In this document: positions 40,206 through 49,900 of the stretch, piece by piece
How the letters are laid out: each line of letters starts with the position of its first letter
Position numbering within the stretch: the first letter of the stretch is position 1
Made by a program: the position numbers and the translations under genes
The notes under the pieces: generated by a model
Databases searched by the model: none
Told to the model about the DNA's origin: nothing
What the model saw: the letters and a program-made list of their open reading frames with translations, nothing else
NCBI GenBank assembly: GCA_963754875.1
Contig: CAVWHO010000013.1
Span: forward strand, 183,263-247,262
DNA length: 64,000 nt
Direction of reading: 5' to 3'
DNA from: Nitrospirota bacterium
GTDB taxonomy: Bacteria; Nitrospirota; UBA9217

Positions 40206-41108
40206 ATGCAAAGATATAAACAGACATTCCATGCAATTTTTTTGATCGTGAGCGGGCTGGCCTCACTCTTTGTGCTGACCGAGCTCGTCATGAAGTCTTT
40301 CGGGAAGAGCCTCTGTGTTACCGAAGGATGCAAGATGACCGCGCAGTCGGCGAGGTTCGGTGATGTTTCCATATTCCTCGTCGGGCTCGCAACATTTTTA
40401 TCTTTCGCCTCACTCACGCTTCTGAACCGGCGTATCCGGAAGCCGGTGATCGAACGGCTGATAAATCTCATCCTTGTCGTCGCACTGGCAGGTGAAGGGT
40501 TCTTCATGGGGTATCTGGCATTCAGGATCCACACGCTCTGCCTCTTCTGCGTCACGATCTTCTGTTTTATGGTCGCCCTCGGCATCGCCAGGCTCCTCTC
40601 AGGAGAAAAAGATATCCTCGCCGGATTCGCTGCCCTTTTTGCGATTTTCATCATTCAGTATCTTGTCCTTCCTGCCGGCGTGCCCGTAACCCTGCCGGTC
40701 AATGAACGGCTCATCCTGTTTTACAGCAAAGACTGCAAACACTGCACCGAAGTGATACAGGAACTGGACGAGAAAAAAATCAGCGTGGCACATTTGCCGG
40801 TGAATGAATATGTCGGGTTCCTGAAAAACATGGGCATCGAAAACGTGCCCACGCTCATGGTGAACGATCCTTACCAAAAGATATTTTTGACCGGCAAGGA
40901 CGCCATAACCCGCTACCTTCTCGCATGTACGGCGTCCAAGGCAGTAGGGGACAAGTCCCGGAAAAAAGCGACGCCAAAGCAGAACGGGCCTGTCGCTCGG
41001 GACGCAGGCACAACGATCGATGTTTTCAGCCAGCCGGACCTTCTGAGTGCGCCGGCGACATCGGCCGCCGGCGAAGGGATGTGCAAGGAAGATGAAATCT
41101 GCAAGTGA
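40206..41108 (+). CDS. VKOR-like membrane domain fused to a thioredoxin-fold domain
   Basis: Loop C....C (CVTEGC), membrane CLFC, then CKHC and VPTL. Confidence 0.72.
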   Translation: MQRYKQTFHAIFLIVSGLASLFVLTELVMKSFGKSLCVTEGCKMTAQSARFGDVSIFLVGLATFLSFASLTLLNRRIRKPVIERLINLILVVALAGEGFFMGYLAFRIHTLCLFCVTIFCFMVALGIARLLSGEKDILAGFAALFAIFIIQYLVLPAGVPVTLPVNERLILFYSKDCKHCTEVIQELDEKKISVAHLPVNEYVGFLKNMGIENVPTLMVNDPYQKIFLTGKDAITRYLLACTASKAVGDKSRKKATPKQNGPVARDAGTTIDVFSQPDLLSAPATSAAGEGMCKEDEICK

Positions 41109-41259
41109 TCATGTGGCGGACTGAAATCAGGCTCCGGTGAACACAGAACCGTGTTACTGCTTCTTCCCGGCGGAATGCCCATAGCTGTTGCGGCCAAACT
41201 CCTTGACAGCCCGCAGTTGATGTGATAATTTATCGCGACTGTTTTTACCAGGAGGATGT

Positions 41260-42768
41260 GTGGAAAATCAAAAAGGGATTGTAGAAATTGCCGCCGAAAA
41301 GGTCTGGAAATTCTTTTCGTCCGTGAAACTTGCTGTCGTTTTGCTGATCATCCTGGCGCTCGTGTCGGTTATCGGGACCGTCATCCAACAGAACGAGGCC
41401 CCGGAACGGTATCTCCGGGAGTACAGCCAGACCACGGTCCAGCTCTTCGACATGCTGGGGTTCTTCGATATGTACCACACGTGGTGGTTCGTACTGCTCC
41501 TCTTTCTGTTTACGGCAAATCTGACGGTCTGCACGCTCGAGCGGTTCCCTCACACATGGAAGCTTGTAAGAACTCCGCTCAAACCGATCGATGAAGACAG
41601 CTTGAAGGCGGTAACGTTCCGGAGGGAGATCCAACTGAATTCCGACGTGGGTAAGGCCGAGCAAAGGGCCGCTGCCGTACTCAAGGCGCGGGGATTCCGC
41701 TTTATCGAGTCCAGGGGCCCGGATAGCATGCAGTATATCTCCCAGAAAGGCGTCTTCAGCCGTTTCGGTGTGTATATTACGCACGTGAGCATCCTTCTCA
41801 TCTTTACGGGGGCCCTTATCGGATCGTTCTTTGGGTTCAAGGCTTTCCTGAACCTTCCTGAAGGAGCTGTGGCCCAGGTCGTCTACCTCAGAAACGAGCC
41901 CCTGTGGGACCAGATCATGGCGGCGCTCGGTATTGCCAAGAGCCCGGTCATACATGATCCACAAGTGGACGTCCCCGCCATGCCGCTCGGCTATTATATC
42001 CGGTGCGACAATTTCGATGTCGACTACTATATCGGACGGTCCGGCATGCCGACCGGCATGCCGTCGGAATATCACAGCACGCTCAGTATTTTCGACCTCA
42101 GCGGCCAAAAGATCCTCGACAAGCGGATCAGGGTGAACGATCCGCTTACCTATCATGGGGTCACATTCTACCAGTCAAGCTATGGGGTGGTCCCGAATGC
42201 CCGCGGAAAGATCGTGTTGAACATTCGCAAGAAGAGCGACACGCAGTCGGCCGGGGAGACGGTCGTCGTGGACCTGGGCGCCTCGCTTTTTATCCCGTCC
42301 ATTGACAGGACCATCAAGGTCCTGAATTTTGAGCCCTTCGGCATGAGGGATCGATCCACCGGCCAGGTGCGGTATTTCAACACGGAAAACCAGGAGTTCA
42401 TCAACCCTGCCGTGGAACTCGAAGTATACCGCGGACAGAAAGCGCTGTATCAGACCACCGTCCTCAAAACGGATTCCGGGGAACCCTCGATGCCCGAGGA
42501 TTATGTTATCAGTTACCGCGGCTATGAGGGCGTCCGTTACACGGGACTGCAGGTCACGAAAGATCCGGGCGTTTGGGTCGTCTATACGGGCTTCATCCTG
42601 CTCTGCATCGGGCCGCCCATTGCGTTTTTCGGTTCTCACCGGAAATTATGGATAAGGATCCAGGACCGGCAGGGGCAGGCGGCCATTCTGGTTGCGGGTT
42701 CCGCAAACAGGAACCGGATCGGGTTTGAGAGGGCGTTAAACGCCATCGCAGAGGACCTCTCTAAGTAG
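41260..42768 (+). CDS. resB: Cytochrome c biogenesis protein ResB/CcsB
   Basis: IGT.IQQ, Y..WWF, YITH, VNDPL.Y.G..FYQSSY and DPG..VVY.G. Confidence 0.93.
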   Translation: MENQKGIVEIAAEKVWKFFSSVKLAVVLLIILALVSVIGTVIQQNEAPERYLREYSQTTVQLFDMLGFFDMYHTWWFVLLLFLFTANLTVCTLERFPHTWKLVRTPLKPIDEDSLKAVTFRREIQLNSDVGKAEQRAAAVLKARGFRFIESRGPDSMQYISQKGVFSRFGVYITHVSILLIFTGALIGSFFGFKAFLNLPEGAVAQVVYLRNEPLWDQIMAALGIAKSPVIHDPQVDVPAMPLGYYIRCDNFDVDYYIGRSGMPTGMPSEYHSTLSIFDLSGQKILDKRIRVNDPLTYHGVTFYQSSYGVVPNARGKIVLNIRKKSDTQSAGETVVVDLGASLFIPSIDRTIKVLNFEPFGMRDRSTGQVRYFNTENQEFINPAVELEVYRGQKALYQTTVLKTDSGEPSMPEDYVISYRGYEGVRYTGLQVTKDPGVWVVYTGFILLCIGPPIAFFGSHRKLWIRIQDRQGQAAILVAGSANRNRIGFERALNAIAEDLSK

Positions 42769-42969
42769 CGGGATCCGATAATCCGAAAAAAGATGTTAAC
42801 CGCGGAGCAGCAGAGAAAAAAGGAGCATCTATCATGAGAACGTGCACGGCAGGCTCTTGTGTACGGATGTTTTCATTCTGATTGTATCAGGTGCTCGCTC
42901 TGTGTCTCAGCGTCACCATAGTGTATCGAGATCTTTCCAAATGTGTCAGATGGTATTCAGGAGGATTCA

Positions 42970-44215
42970 ATGGACAGTTCGTTGCTCTTCAGTATAGCAA
43001 CATTATCATACCTGGTCGCGATGGTGCTGTATATCGGCTACCTTGCCTTCCGGAAGAAACGGCATCGGCCAGACCGCTACGGTCGTGACGGTGGCCGGTT
43101 TTCTCGTGCAGACTTCGGCCTTGCTGCTCCGGTGGCGCGAGTCCTACCAGATGGACATCGGGAGGATACCGCTGTCCAATCTCTATGAATCGCTGGTTTT
43201 CTTCACGTGGAGCACGGTGTTGATCTACCTTGTCGTGGAATTCAAATATAAGACAAAGGCTTTCGGCGCTTTTGTGATGCCCGTTGCGTTTCTCTCCCTT
43301 GCGTTCATCAACGTGGCCGGCATCAGTTCCGATATCACGCCCCTGGTCCCGGCGCTCAAGAGCAACTGGCTGTTCTATCACGTGCTCGTGAGTTTCCTCG
43401 GTTATGCGGCCTTCGGCGTCGCCTTTGCCATCAGCATGGTGTACCTGCTGATGGACATCGAGGAAAAGGGTTCTCCGGCGAACCTGTTTTCTGCGCTTGC
43501 GGCGATCGTGGTACTGGCCCCGATCGGGTACCTTATGGCAAGCCAGGGTGATCGGATGAAGACGGCCTTCTGGATGGGAATCGGCGTCCTGACCCTTGCC
43601 TGGTTCCTTTACCTTATTGTGGCGGGTGCCCGGCACAAATCGCAGGTCTTCCTGTTCTGGTCGTTTTGCGTGACGCTGGCGATCGTCCTGCTGGTGGGCA
43701 TGGGCATCGATTTTGTCTATTTGATCTCCTTTAAAAATCTGGCGGCCGGTGAATCATTTAAACAGCACATGTTCGAAACTACCTTTTTGAGTTCGAACAC
43801 GGCCGTCATGATCATCAGCTGGCTGGCGGTCGTGGCGCTCTTTTATTTTATCTGGTCGAAGGGGGCGGGTCTCAGGAGCCTGCTGAAACCCTACATCCCG
43901 GCGCAGAACCAGCTTGACGATGTCACGTACCGCATGATAGCGATCGGATGGCCGCTGCTGACCGCCGGAATCATCACCGGAGCGGTTTGGGCCAACAGCG
44001 CCTGGGGCACCTACTGGAGCTGGGACCCCAAGGAGACCTGGTCGCTCATTACGTGGTTCGTTTACGCTATCTATCTTCACGCCCGTTATGTCCGTGGATG
44101 GAAAGGCACGCAGATGGCCGTTATTTCCTCCGTGGGATTTTTGGCGGTCATTTTTACGTACCTCGGCGTCAACCTGGTTCTGTCCGGTCTGCATTCCTAC
44201 GGAGGAATGAATTAA
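42970..44215 (+). CDS. ccsA: Cytochrome c synthase CcsA/ResC; frameshift near 43060
   Basis: PLSNLYES, PALKSNWL..HV, WGTYWSWDPKETW and GLHSY. Confidence 0.92.
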
Positions 44216-44260
44216 CGGAAGAGGAAATTTTTTTTGATAATAGGTTCTTTGCGATCACGC

Positions 44261-44289
44261 GCCGGCTGACAGGAGCCGGCTTTTTTTTT
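44261..44289 (+). terminator. Terminator after ccsA
   Basis: GCCGGCT-gacagg-AGCCGGC followed by T9. Confidence 0.88.
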
Positions 44290-44429
44290 GACGCGTGCAT
44301 GTGTCCCTTCCCGTTTCTCATAGCCATCAGCTATTTCAGCCCCCCCTGCAAAAGCCTTGTTCCCGTGTTATAGTTAATGTAGGAGCATCGGAGCCCTATT
44401 TAATACTAAATTATCATGAGGAGGTTGCC

Positions 44430-44819
44430 ATGAGAGAATTTGCGTGCAGGAGTTTGGGATATAATTGTGGATGGAAGCACGTTGCTCGGACCGAGGAACT
44501 GTTGACGGACGTGGTCGCGATACATCTGCGGGACGTGCACGCTGTGGCTGAGTTGACCCAGGACATGATGGGGAGGATCAAGCATGTTTTTACCAACGGC
44601 GAGCAAGCCGAATTGGCGAGGGAAGATGAGGAGCCCGTCCTGAAAGAGTTCAAGTGCAGCGACCTGGGTATGAATTGTGGGTTCAGATACATAGCCCAGA
44701 CCGAGGACCTGATCACCGACGGCGTAGCTCTTCACGCGCGCGAGGCCCATAATATTGCGGAGTTTTCGTCTGAGCTGAAGGTAAAGGTTGCTAATTCCCT
44801 CCATGCATGGAAGGGATAG
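44430..44819 (+). CDS. Protein with two tandem DUF1059-like small metal-binding domains
   Basis: Two repeats of EF.C..LG.NCG....A.TE.L......H....H; GAGGAGG RBS. Confidence 0.8.
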   Translation: MREFACRSLGYNCGWKHVARTEELLTDVVAIHLRDVHAVAELTQDMMGRIKHVFTNGEQAELAREDEEPVLKEFKCSDLGMNCGFRYIAQTEDLITDGVALHAREAHNIAEFSSELKVKVANSLHAWKG

Positions 44820-44958
44820 TGCCAGAAGAGGGCAAGCGAAAAATGCAGGGGCCTCTCATCTCCAAGGGCGGATGAAGGGATAACGTACGCAGCGGGCGGG
44901 CGGTTTCACATATGAGAAACGCCGATGCTGAAAAGCAACCAGGTGATGGTGAAGGGCA

Positions 44959-46626
44959 TCACCGGCTGACTGTGGCATCTACCTTCTTGTCGATTGAATA
45001 GAGGGGATATATCTTGAAGTCCTTGACCCACGGCTGAACCACATAGTAGTCTGCCTTGTGCCACATGAAGACCCATGGTGCGTCCTTGATGATCCGTTTT
45101 TCCGCCTGCCGGTAGAGCCGGTAGCGCCGCTGCTCGTCCATGGTGTTCTGGGCTGTTTCGATCAGCCGGTCGAGCTCGGGATCGAGGCAGCGCGTTCGAT
45201 TGCCGGCGGACCCGGCGCTTGCCGAATGGAAGAGGGGGAAGAGAAAATTTTCCGGGTCCGGATAGTCGGCCCACCAGGAGAGCCAGAAAGCGTCGGCTTC
45301 TCCGTCGTTCACCGCGCGCTTAAAGGCGCTCCAGTCGAGTTGCGTTATTTCAGTCTTGAGCCCCGCCTTTGCGAGATAGCCCTGGATGACTTCGACGATG
45401 TCGAGGACCTCCGGGTCGGCCATAATATAGATCTTGATCGTTTTCCCTTCGGCCCCTGCCTCCCTGATCAATTCCTTTGCTTTCTGGGGATCATACCCGT
45501 AGCCTTCCGGGGTCTGCGGCAGGATCTTGCTTTTCCACAAGCCGGGAGGGACCGGGCCGGTGGCGAGGACGCCCCGTTTTTCGAGCACCGTCGAGAGGAT
45601 ATGCTGGCGATCGATTGCATAATTTACGGCCCTCCGCACACGGACATCGTCGAACGGGGAATGTGTGCAGTTGAGTCCCAGATAGTAGGTGTTCAACCCC
45701 GTTCTGCCGTAAACGAGGTCCCGCCATTGAGGATCGGTAGTATAATGGTGGTATTCCGATGACGGGATCTCGAGAGCATCGAGCCTGCCGGTTTCGAATT
45801 CCAGCACCGCAGTCAGATCCTCGGGGATGACGCGGTAAAAGATCCCGTTCAGCTTCGGTTTTCCTTCAAAGTAATCCTCCCGTGCGGCAAGGACCACATG
45901 CTGTCCATGCTTCCATTCCGTGAGCAGGTACGGACCGCTTCCCACCGGATGCATCCCGAAGTCCTGACCCAACCGTTCCACGTCCTCGCGGGGAACGACA
46001 TAGGCGGTCGTCATGGCAAGGAGCGAGAGGAACGGACCGAAGGGCTTCTCCAGTTTGAGTACCAGGGTATGGTCGTTCACCACAATGATGCCCGAAACGC
46101 TCTGGGTCGTCCCGGAAATGACGTCGCCGGCACCCTGGATCTTATCGAGGACCCAGGTGAGGGGGGCCTTCGTCTGAGGCTGGAGAACGCGTTCGAAAGA
46201 GTACTTAAAATCCTGGGCCGTGACCTTGCGGCCGTTGCTGAACATGACATCTCTCCGGAGGCGGAAGGTGTAGGTCATCTGGTCGTCCGACAGTTTCCAG
46301 GAATGGGCGATATCAGGTACGATGTCCAGGTTTTCGTTGAAGCGGACCAGGCCATTGAAAAGCTTGGCTGTGATCCCCCCTCCCAGAACATCGGTGACCA
46401 ACGCGGGATCCAGTGTTGTGGGGTTGCTGTTCAGCCTGAGGTAGAGGTAGCCGGGGAGACGGCCATCGTCTGAACGATGGCATCCAGCGGAAAGCAAAAA
46501 AACAAGGAGGGAGAGCGTGATGAGGAGAGGCGCGAAGAGCCTGCGCGCTGCGGCCGCCCCTTGCAATCTAAGATTTTCTTGTTGCGTTGACGAAGGCCTC
46601 GAATAATTTTTTGGAATATCGATCAT
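44959..46626 (-). CDS. ABC transporter solute-binding lipoprotein, family 5 (Dpp/Opp-like)
   Basis: Lipobox SAGC, PTTLDP, FSNG...TA.D, PVGSGPY and W.ADYPDP; start uncertain. Confidence 0.9.
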   Translation of the reverse strand: MIDIPKNYSRPSSTQQENLRLQGAAAARRLFAPLLITLSLLVFLLSAGCHRSDDGRLPGYLYLRLNSNPTTLDPALVTDVLGGGITAKLFNGLVRFNENLDIVPDIAHSWKLSDDQMTYTFRLRRDVMFSNGRKVTAQDFKYSFERVLQPQTKAPLTWVLDKIQGAGDVISGTTQSVSGIIVVNDHTLVLKLEKPFGPFLSLLAMTTAYVVPREDVERLGQDFGMHPVGSGPYLLTEWKHGQHVVLAAREDYFEGKPKLNGIFYRVIPEDLTAVLEFETGRLDALEIPSSEYHHYTTDPQWRDLVYGRTGLNTYYLGLNCTHSPFDDVRVRRAVNYAIDRQHILSTVLEKRGVLATGPVPPGLWKSKILPQTPEGYGYDPQKAKELIREAGAEGKTIKIYIMADPEVLDIVEVIQGYLAKAGLKTEITQLDWSAFKRAVNDGEADAFWLSWWADYPDPENFLFPLFHSASAGSAGNRTRCLDPELDRLIETAQNTMDEQRRYRLYRQAEKRIIKDAPWVFMWHKADYYVVQPWVKDFKIYPLYSIDKKVDATVSR

Positions 46627-47278
46627 TGGGTGTTTTTTCGGGGTGCCACTGTACTGCCAGTAGGAACTGTTTTGACCTCGGTTCGAGGGCTTCGATCACT
46701 TTATCGTGGGACACGGCGGAAAGATGAAGCCCGCGGCCGGGGTTCTTCACGCTCTGGTGGTGCGCGCTCCGCACGCGAATGCGGGAAACGCCCATGATGC
46801 GCGAGAGCAGCGTGCCTTCAAGGATGTCGACATCGTGAAAGACCTTTTCACCCGTGCGCGCTGGACCATGCTCGATCGGGCGACGAATCTGTTGTGCAAT
46901 GTCCTGGTATAATTTGCCGCCAAGGGCCACGTTTACCAGTTGCGCTCCGTAACAAATTGCCAGAACCGGTTTCTTTGCCTTGGTCACGGCTTTGAAAAGG
47001 TTTATCTCGAACCGGGTGCGTTCTTCTGGTGAAAGCGTTAATCGCGCGTTGAGAAGCGGTTTCTCCCGGTAAAAAACCGGGTGGATATCATCGCCGCCGG
47101 TGAACAGGAACCCGTCAAGGTGTTTCACGAGGTCTGCAATCGAGTCCTCAATCCCGAGGACCGGCACCGGGATGCCGCCGGCCTTCAGGACCGCTTTCCC
47201 ATAGTCCTGATCAAGGATGTTTATGCTCCTGGCAGGTTGGACCTCCAGGTTCATAGTAATACCGATCAAAGGCTTCAT
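46568..47278 (-). CDS. Peptidase C26 / PuuD-like glutamine amidotransferase
   Basis: TGGDDI.P, LAICYG.Q, S.HHQ and VQWHPE. Confidence 0.9.
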   Translation of the reverse strand: MKPLIGITMNLEVQPARSINILDQDYGKAVLKAGGIPVPVLGIEDSIADLVKHLDGFLFTGGDDIHPVFYREKPLLNARLTLSPEERTRFEINLFKAVTKAKKPVLAICYGAQLVNVALGGKLYQDIAQQIRRPIEHGPARTGEKVFHDVDILEGTLLSRIMGVSRIRVRSAHHQSVKNPGRGLHLSAVSHDKVIEALEPRSKQFLLAVQWHPEKTPNDRYSKKLFEAFVNATRKS

Positions 47279-47385
47279 GCGTACACCTCCGAAAATCGTG
47301 TGAGTTGCATTTACCGTCATAGGTATAGCACATTTTCGGAAAGTTGTCAGTGTGAGATTGTAATTTGAGATTTATTATTGCCCGG

Positions 47386-48306
47386 TTATTTCATCAACAG
47401 TTCCAGTACCGCCTTCTGCGTATGCAGGCGGTTCTCTGCCTGGTCGAAAACCACGGACTGCGGTCCGTCGATGACGTCGGCAGCAATTTCCTCACCGCGG
47501 TGGGCCGGAAGACAATGCATCACGATCGCTTGCGCATTCGCGGCTTTCATCAGTTTCGCGTCCACCTGGTACCCCTGAAACGCCCTCACGCGGACGGCAT
47601 GTTCCGCCTCCTGGCCCATACTCGCCCAAACGTCGGTGTACAGGACATCGGCTTTCTCCGCCGCCTTGGCAGGGTCATTTACAATGCGCAGGACCGAGCC
47701 CGTCCGGGCCGCCTCCCGCTGCGCTTCACGCATTACACCGGCATCGGGTTCATAACCGTGAGGGCAGCCGACGGAAATATGCATTCCCACTTTGATGCAG
47801 CCCTCTATGAGCGAGTTTGCCATATTGTTCCCGTCGCCGACGTAGGCAAGCTTGAGCCCTTTTAATTTTCTTTTCTTTTCCTGGATCGTAAAGAGATCGG
47901 CAAGGACCTGGCAGGGGTGGTGGAGGTCCGTCAGACCGTTGATGACCGGTATCGTCGCATGACGCGCCAGTTCTTCAACCGTGGATTGGGCAAAGGTCCG
48001 GATCATGATCCCATCGAGGTACCGCGAGAGTACGCGCGCCGTGTCGGCAACGGGCTCGCCGCGGCCGATCTGGAGATCGGCGGACGAAAGGAACAGGGCA
48101 TGACCGCCGAGCTGGAACATGCCGGCTTCGAAAGACACCCTCGTTCGTGTTGAAGACTTTTCGAAGATCATGCCCAGGGTCTTTCCTTTGAGCGTTGTAT
48201 GGGCTTTTCCCTGACGCAACAGCTTCTTCAAAGCAGCGGATCGCTTGAGGATCTTTTCGATGTCTTTTGGCGTCAGGTCTGAAATGGCAAGCAGGTCTTT
48301 TTTCAT
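47386..48306 (-). CDS. argF: Ornithine carbamoyltransferase
   Basis: SSTRTRVSF, HPCQ.LAD, TDVWASMG and HCLP. Confidence 0.97.
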   Translation of the reverse strand: MKKDLLAISDLTPKDIEKILKRSAALKKLLRQGKAHTTLKGKTLGMIFEKSSTRTRVSFEAGMFQLGGHALFLSSADLQIGRGEPVADTARVLSRYLDGIMIRTFAQSTVEELARHATIPVINGLTDLHHPCQVLADLFTIQEKKRKLKGLKLAYVGDGNNMANSLIEGCIKVGMHISVGCPHGYEPDAGVMREAQREAARTGSVLRIVNDPAKAAEKADVLYTDVWASMGQEAEHAVRVRAFQGYQVDAKLMKAANAQAIVMHCLPAHRGEEIAADVIDGPQSVVFDQAENRLHTQKAVLELLMK

Positions 48307-48456
48307 TCATTCTCCAAAAGGATGTAACCACACCCTGCTCTCGCGAAAACGCGGATGCAGGCGGGTCCCGCAGACGGGACACACAGATAAACACGGTAAA
48401 GCTGTGACGGTTTTAAAAAATCAGGGGCTTTGATCTCATCCGTGAGGCGCAGCCCC

Positions 48457-48485
48457 GTGTTCCCGCGTCTTCGCGGGACTGTGGT
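48457..48485. repeat. 29-nt hairpin repeat, copy 1 (copy 2 at 51218-51246)
   Basis: GTGTTCCCGCGTCTTCGCGGGACTGTGGT versus GTGTTCCCGCGTCCTCGCGGGACCGTGGT, 27/29 identical. Confidence 0.8.
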
Positions 48486-48499
48486 TGAAAAGAAGTTCC

Positions 48500-49693
48500 T
48501 CAGCGTTTTGCAAATATCCCGTCGAGCGTCTCCAGAAGCTGGTCGATCTCTTCCTCGGTAATGATGAGGGGCGGCATAAACCGCAGCACGGTATCCATCG
48601 TGCAGTTGATCAGCAGGCCTTCCTTGATGCAGGTGCTCACAATGTCCTTGCCCGGAAAGTCGAGTTCCATGCCGATGAGCAGTCCCTTGCCCCGCACGTC
48701 CTTGATAAAGGAATACTTCTTCTTGAGGTTTTCCAGACCCTGCAGAAAGTGTCTGCCGAGCTGTTCCACCGCCGGAATGATGATGTCGTCCTCGATCAGC
48801 GTTTCGAACGAAGCCAGCGCCGCGGCGCAGGCAAGCGGATTGCCGCCGAAGGTCGAGCCGTGAGACCCCGGCGTAAGCGCCTGGGCAGCTTTGTCCGTGG
48901 CAATGAGCGCGCCGATGGGCATGCCGGCACCGAGCCCTTTTGCGAGCGCTGCTACGTCCGGTACGATTCCCTCGTGCTCATAGGCATAGAGTTTCCCGGT
49001 CCGTCCCATGCCGGTCTGGATCTCGTCGAGCATCAGCAGGAGCTTGTTTCGGTCGCAGATTTCCCTGAGCGCTTTCAGATATCCGGCGGCGGGAACGTTC
49101 ACGCCGCCTTCGCCCTGAATGGGCTCCACGAGCAGTGCACAGGTGTGTTCGTTCACCGCCGCTTCGACTGCCGCGATGTCGTTATAGGGAACATACTGAA
49201 AGCCTGGGAGCACAGGTTCGAAACCCTTGTGGAACCGCTCCTGCGCAGTGGCCGTGAGCGCGCCCAGGGTGCGGCCGTGGAACGAGCCCCGCATGGTGAT
49301 GATCTCGTACCGGTCCTCCTTCAGCACCTCCCGGCCGTACCGCCGTGCGAGCTTGATGGCCGCTTCGATGGCCTCAGTGCCTGAATTGCAGAAGAAGGCC
49401 TTGTCTGCAAAAGAATGCGTAACGAGCGCCTTCGCGAGGTTCACCTGCGGCTCGTTGTGATAGTGGTTCGACACGTGCATCAGCCGCTGGGCCTGTTTCT
49501 GGAGCGCAACGACCACCCGCGGGTGGCAATGCCCAAGGTTATTCACCGCCACGCCGGAGACGAAGTCGATATACTCCCTCCCGTCGGAGTCGAAGACCCT
49601 GGTCCCCCGGCCCTTGATAAGAACGAGCGGCTGCCGTCCATAGGTATTCATGATGTATTTTTGAGAATCCGCAAGGATGTCATTCGTGATCAT
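48500..49693 (-). CDS. argD: Acetylornithine aminotransferase
   Basis: NSGTEA.EAA.K, SFHGRT, EPIQGEGG, DEIQTG and HGSTFGGNPL. Confidence 0.95.
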   Translation of the reverse strand: MITNDILADSQKYIMNTYGRQPLVLIKGRGTRVFDSDGREYIDFVSGVAVNNLGHCHPRVVVALQKQAQRLMHVSNHYHNEPQVNLAKALVTHSFADKAFFCNSGTEAIEAAIKLARRYGREVLKEDRYEIITMRGSFHGRTLGALTATAQERFHKGFEPVLPGFQYVPYNDIAAVEAAVNEHTCALLVEPIQGEGGVNVPAAGYLKALREICDRNKLLLMLDEIQTGMGRTGKLYAYEHEGIVPDVAALAKGLGAGMPIGALIATDKAAQALTPGSHGSTFGGNPLACAAALASFETLIEDDIIIPAVEQLGRHFLQGLENLKKKYSFIKDVRGKGLLIGMELDFPGKDIVSTCIKEGLLINCTMDTVLRFMPPLIITEEEIDQLLETLDGIFAKR

Positions 49694-49900
49694 AGATTGA
49701 AAAGTATCATAGTCAGGTTGAAAAATCAAACGGAAATTCATGGGTATTCCGCCGGTAACGAGGCGTGGTGAGAAGCCAGGCGGCCATCAGGGGATGATTG
49801 TATGCCGCGGACCCCGTGCAAAGGCAAATGGTCGGATCGTTTGACGTTGTTTAACGCTGAACTAAGAACTGAGAACTAAAAACGCTGTACTCTTTATTTC

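Noticed and set aside
41106..41225. Selenocysteine readthrough at the VKOR-like gene TGA (ICK-stop-SCGG)
   Set aside because: No convincing SECIS hairpin, and the downstream frame runs into the resB promoter region.
48485..49384. Long antisense ORFs (also 51185-52087, 52088-52969, 41245-42156, 25792-26562)
   Set aside because: Shadow frames of GC-rich coding genes with no motifs or RBS.
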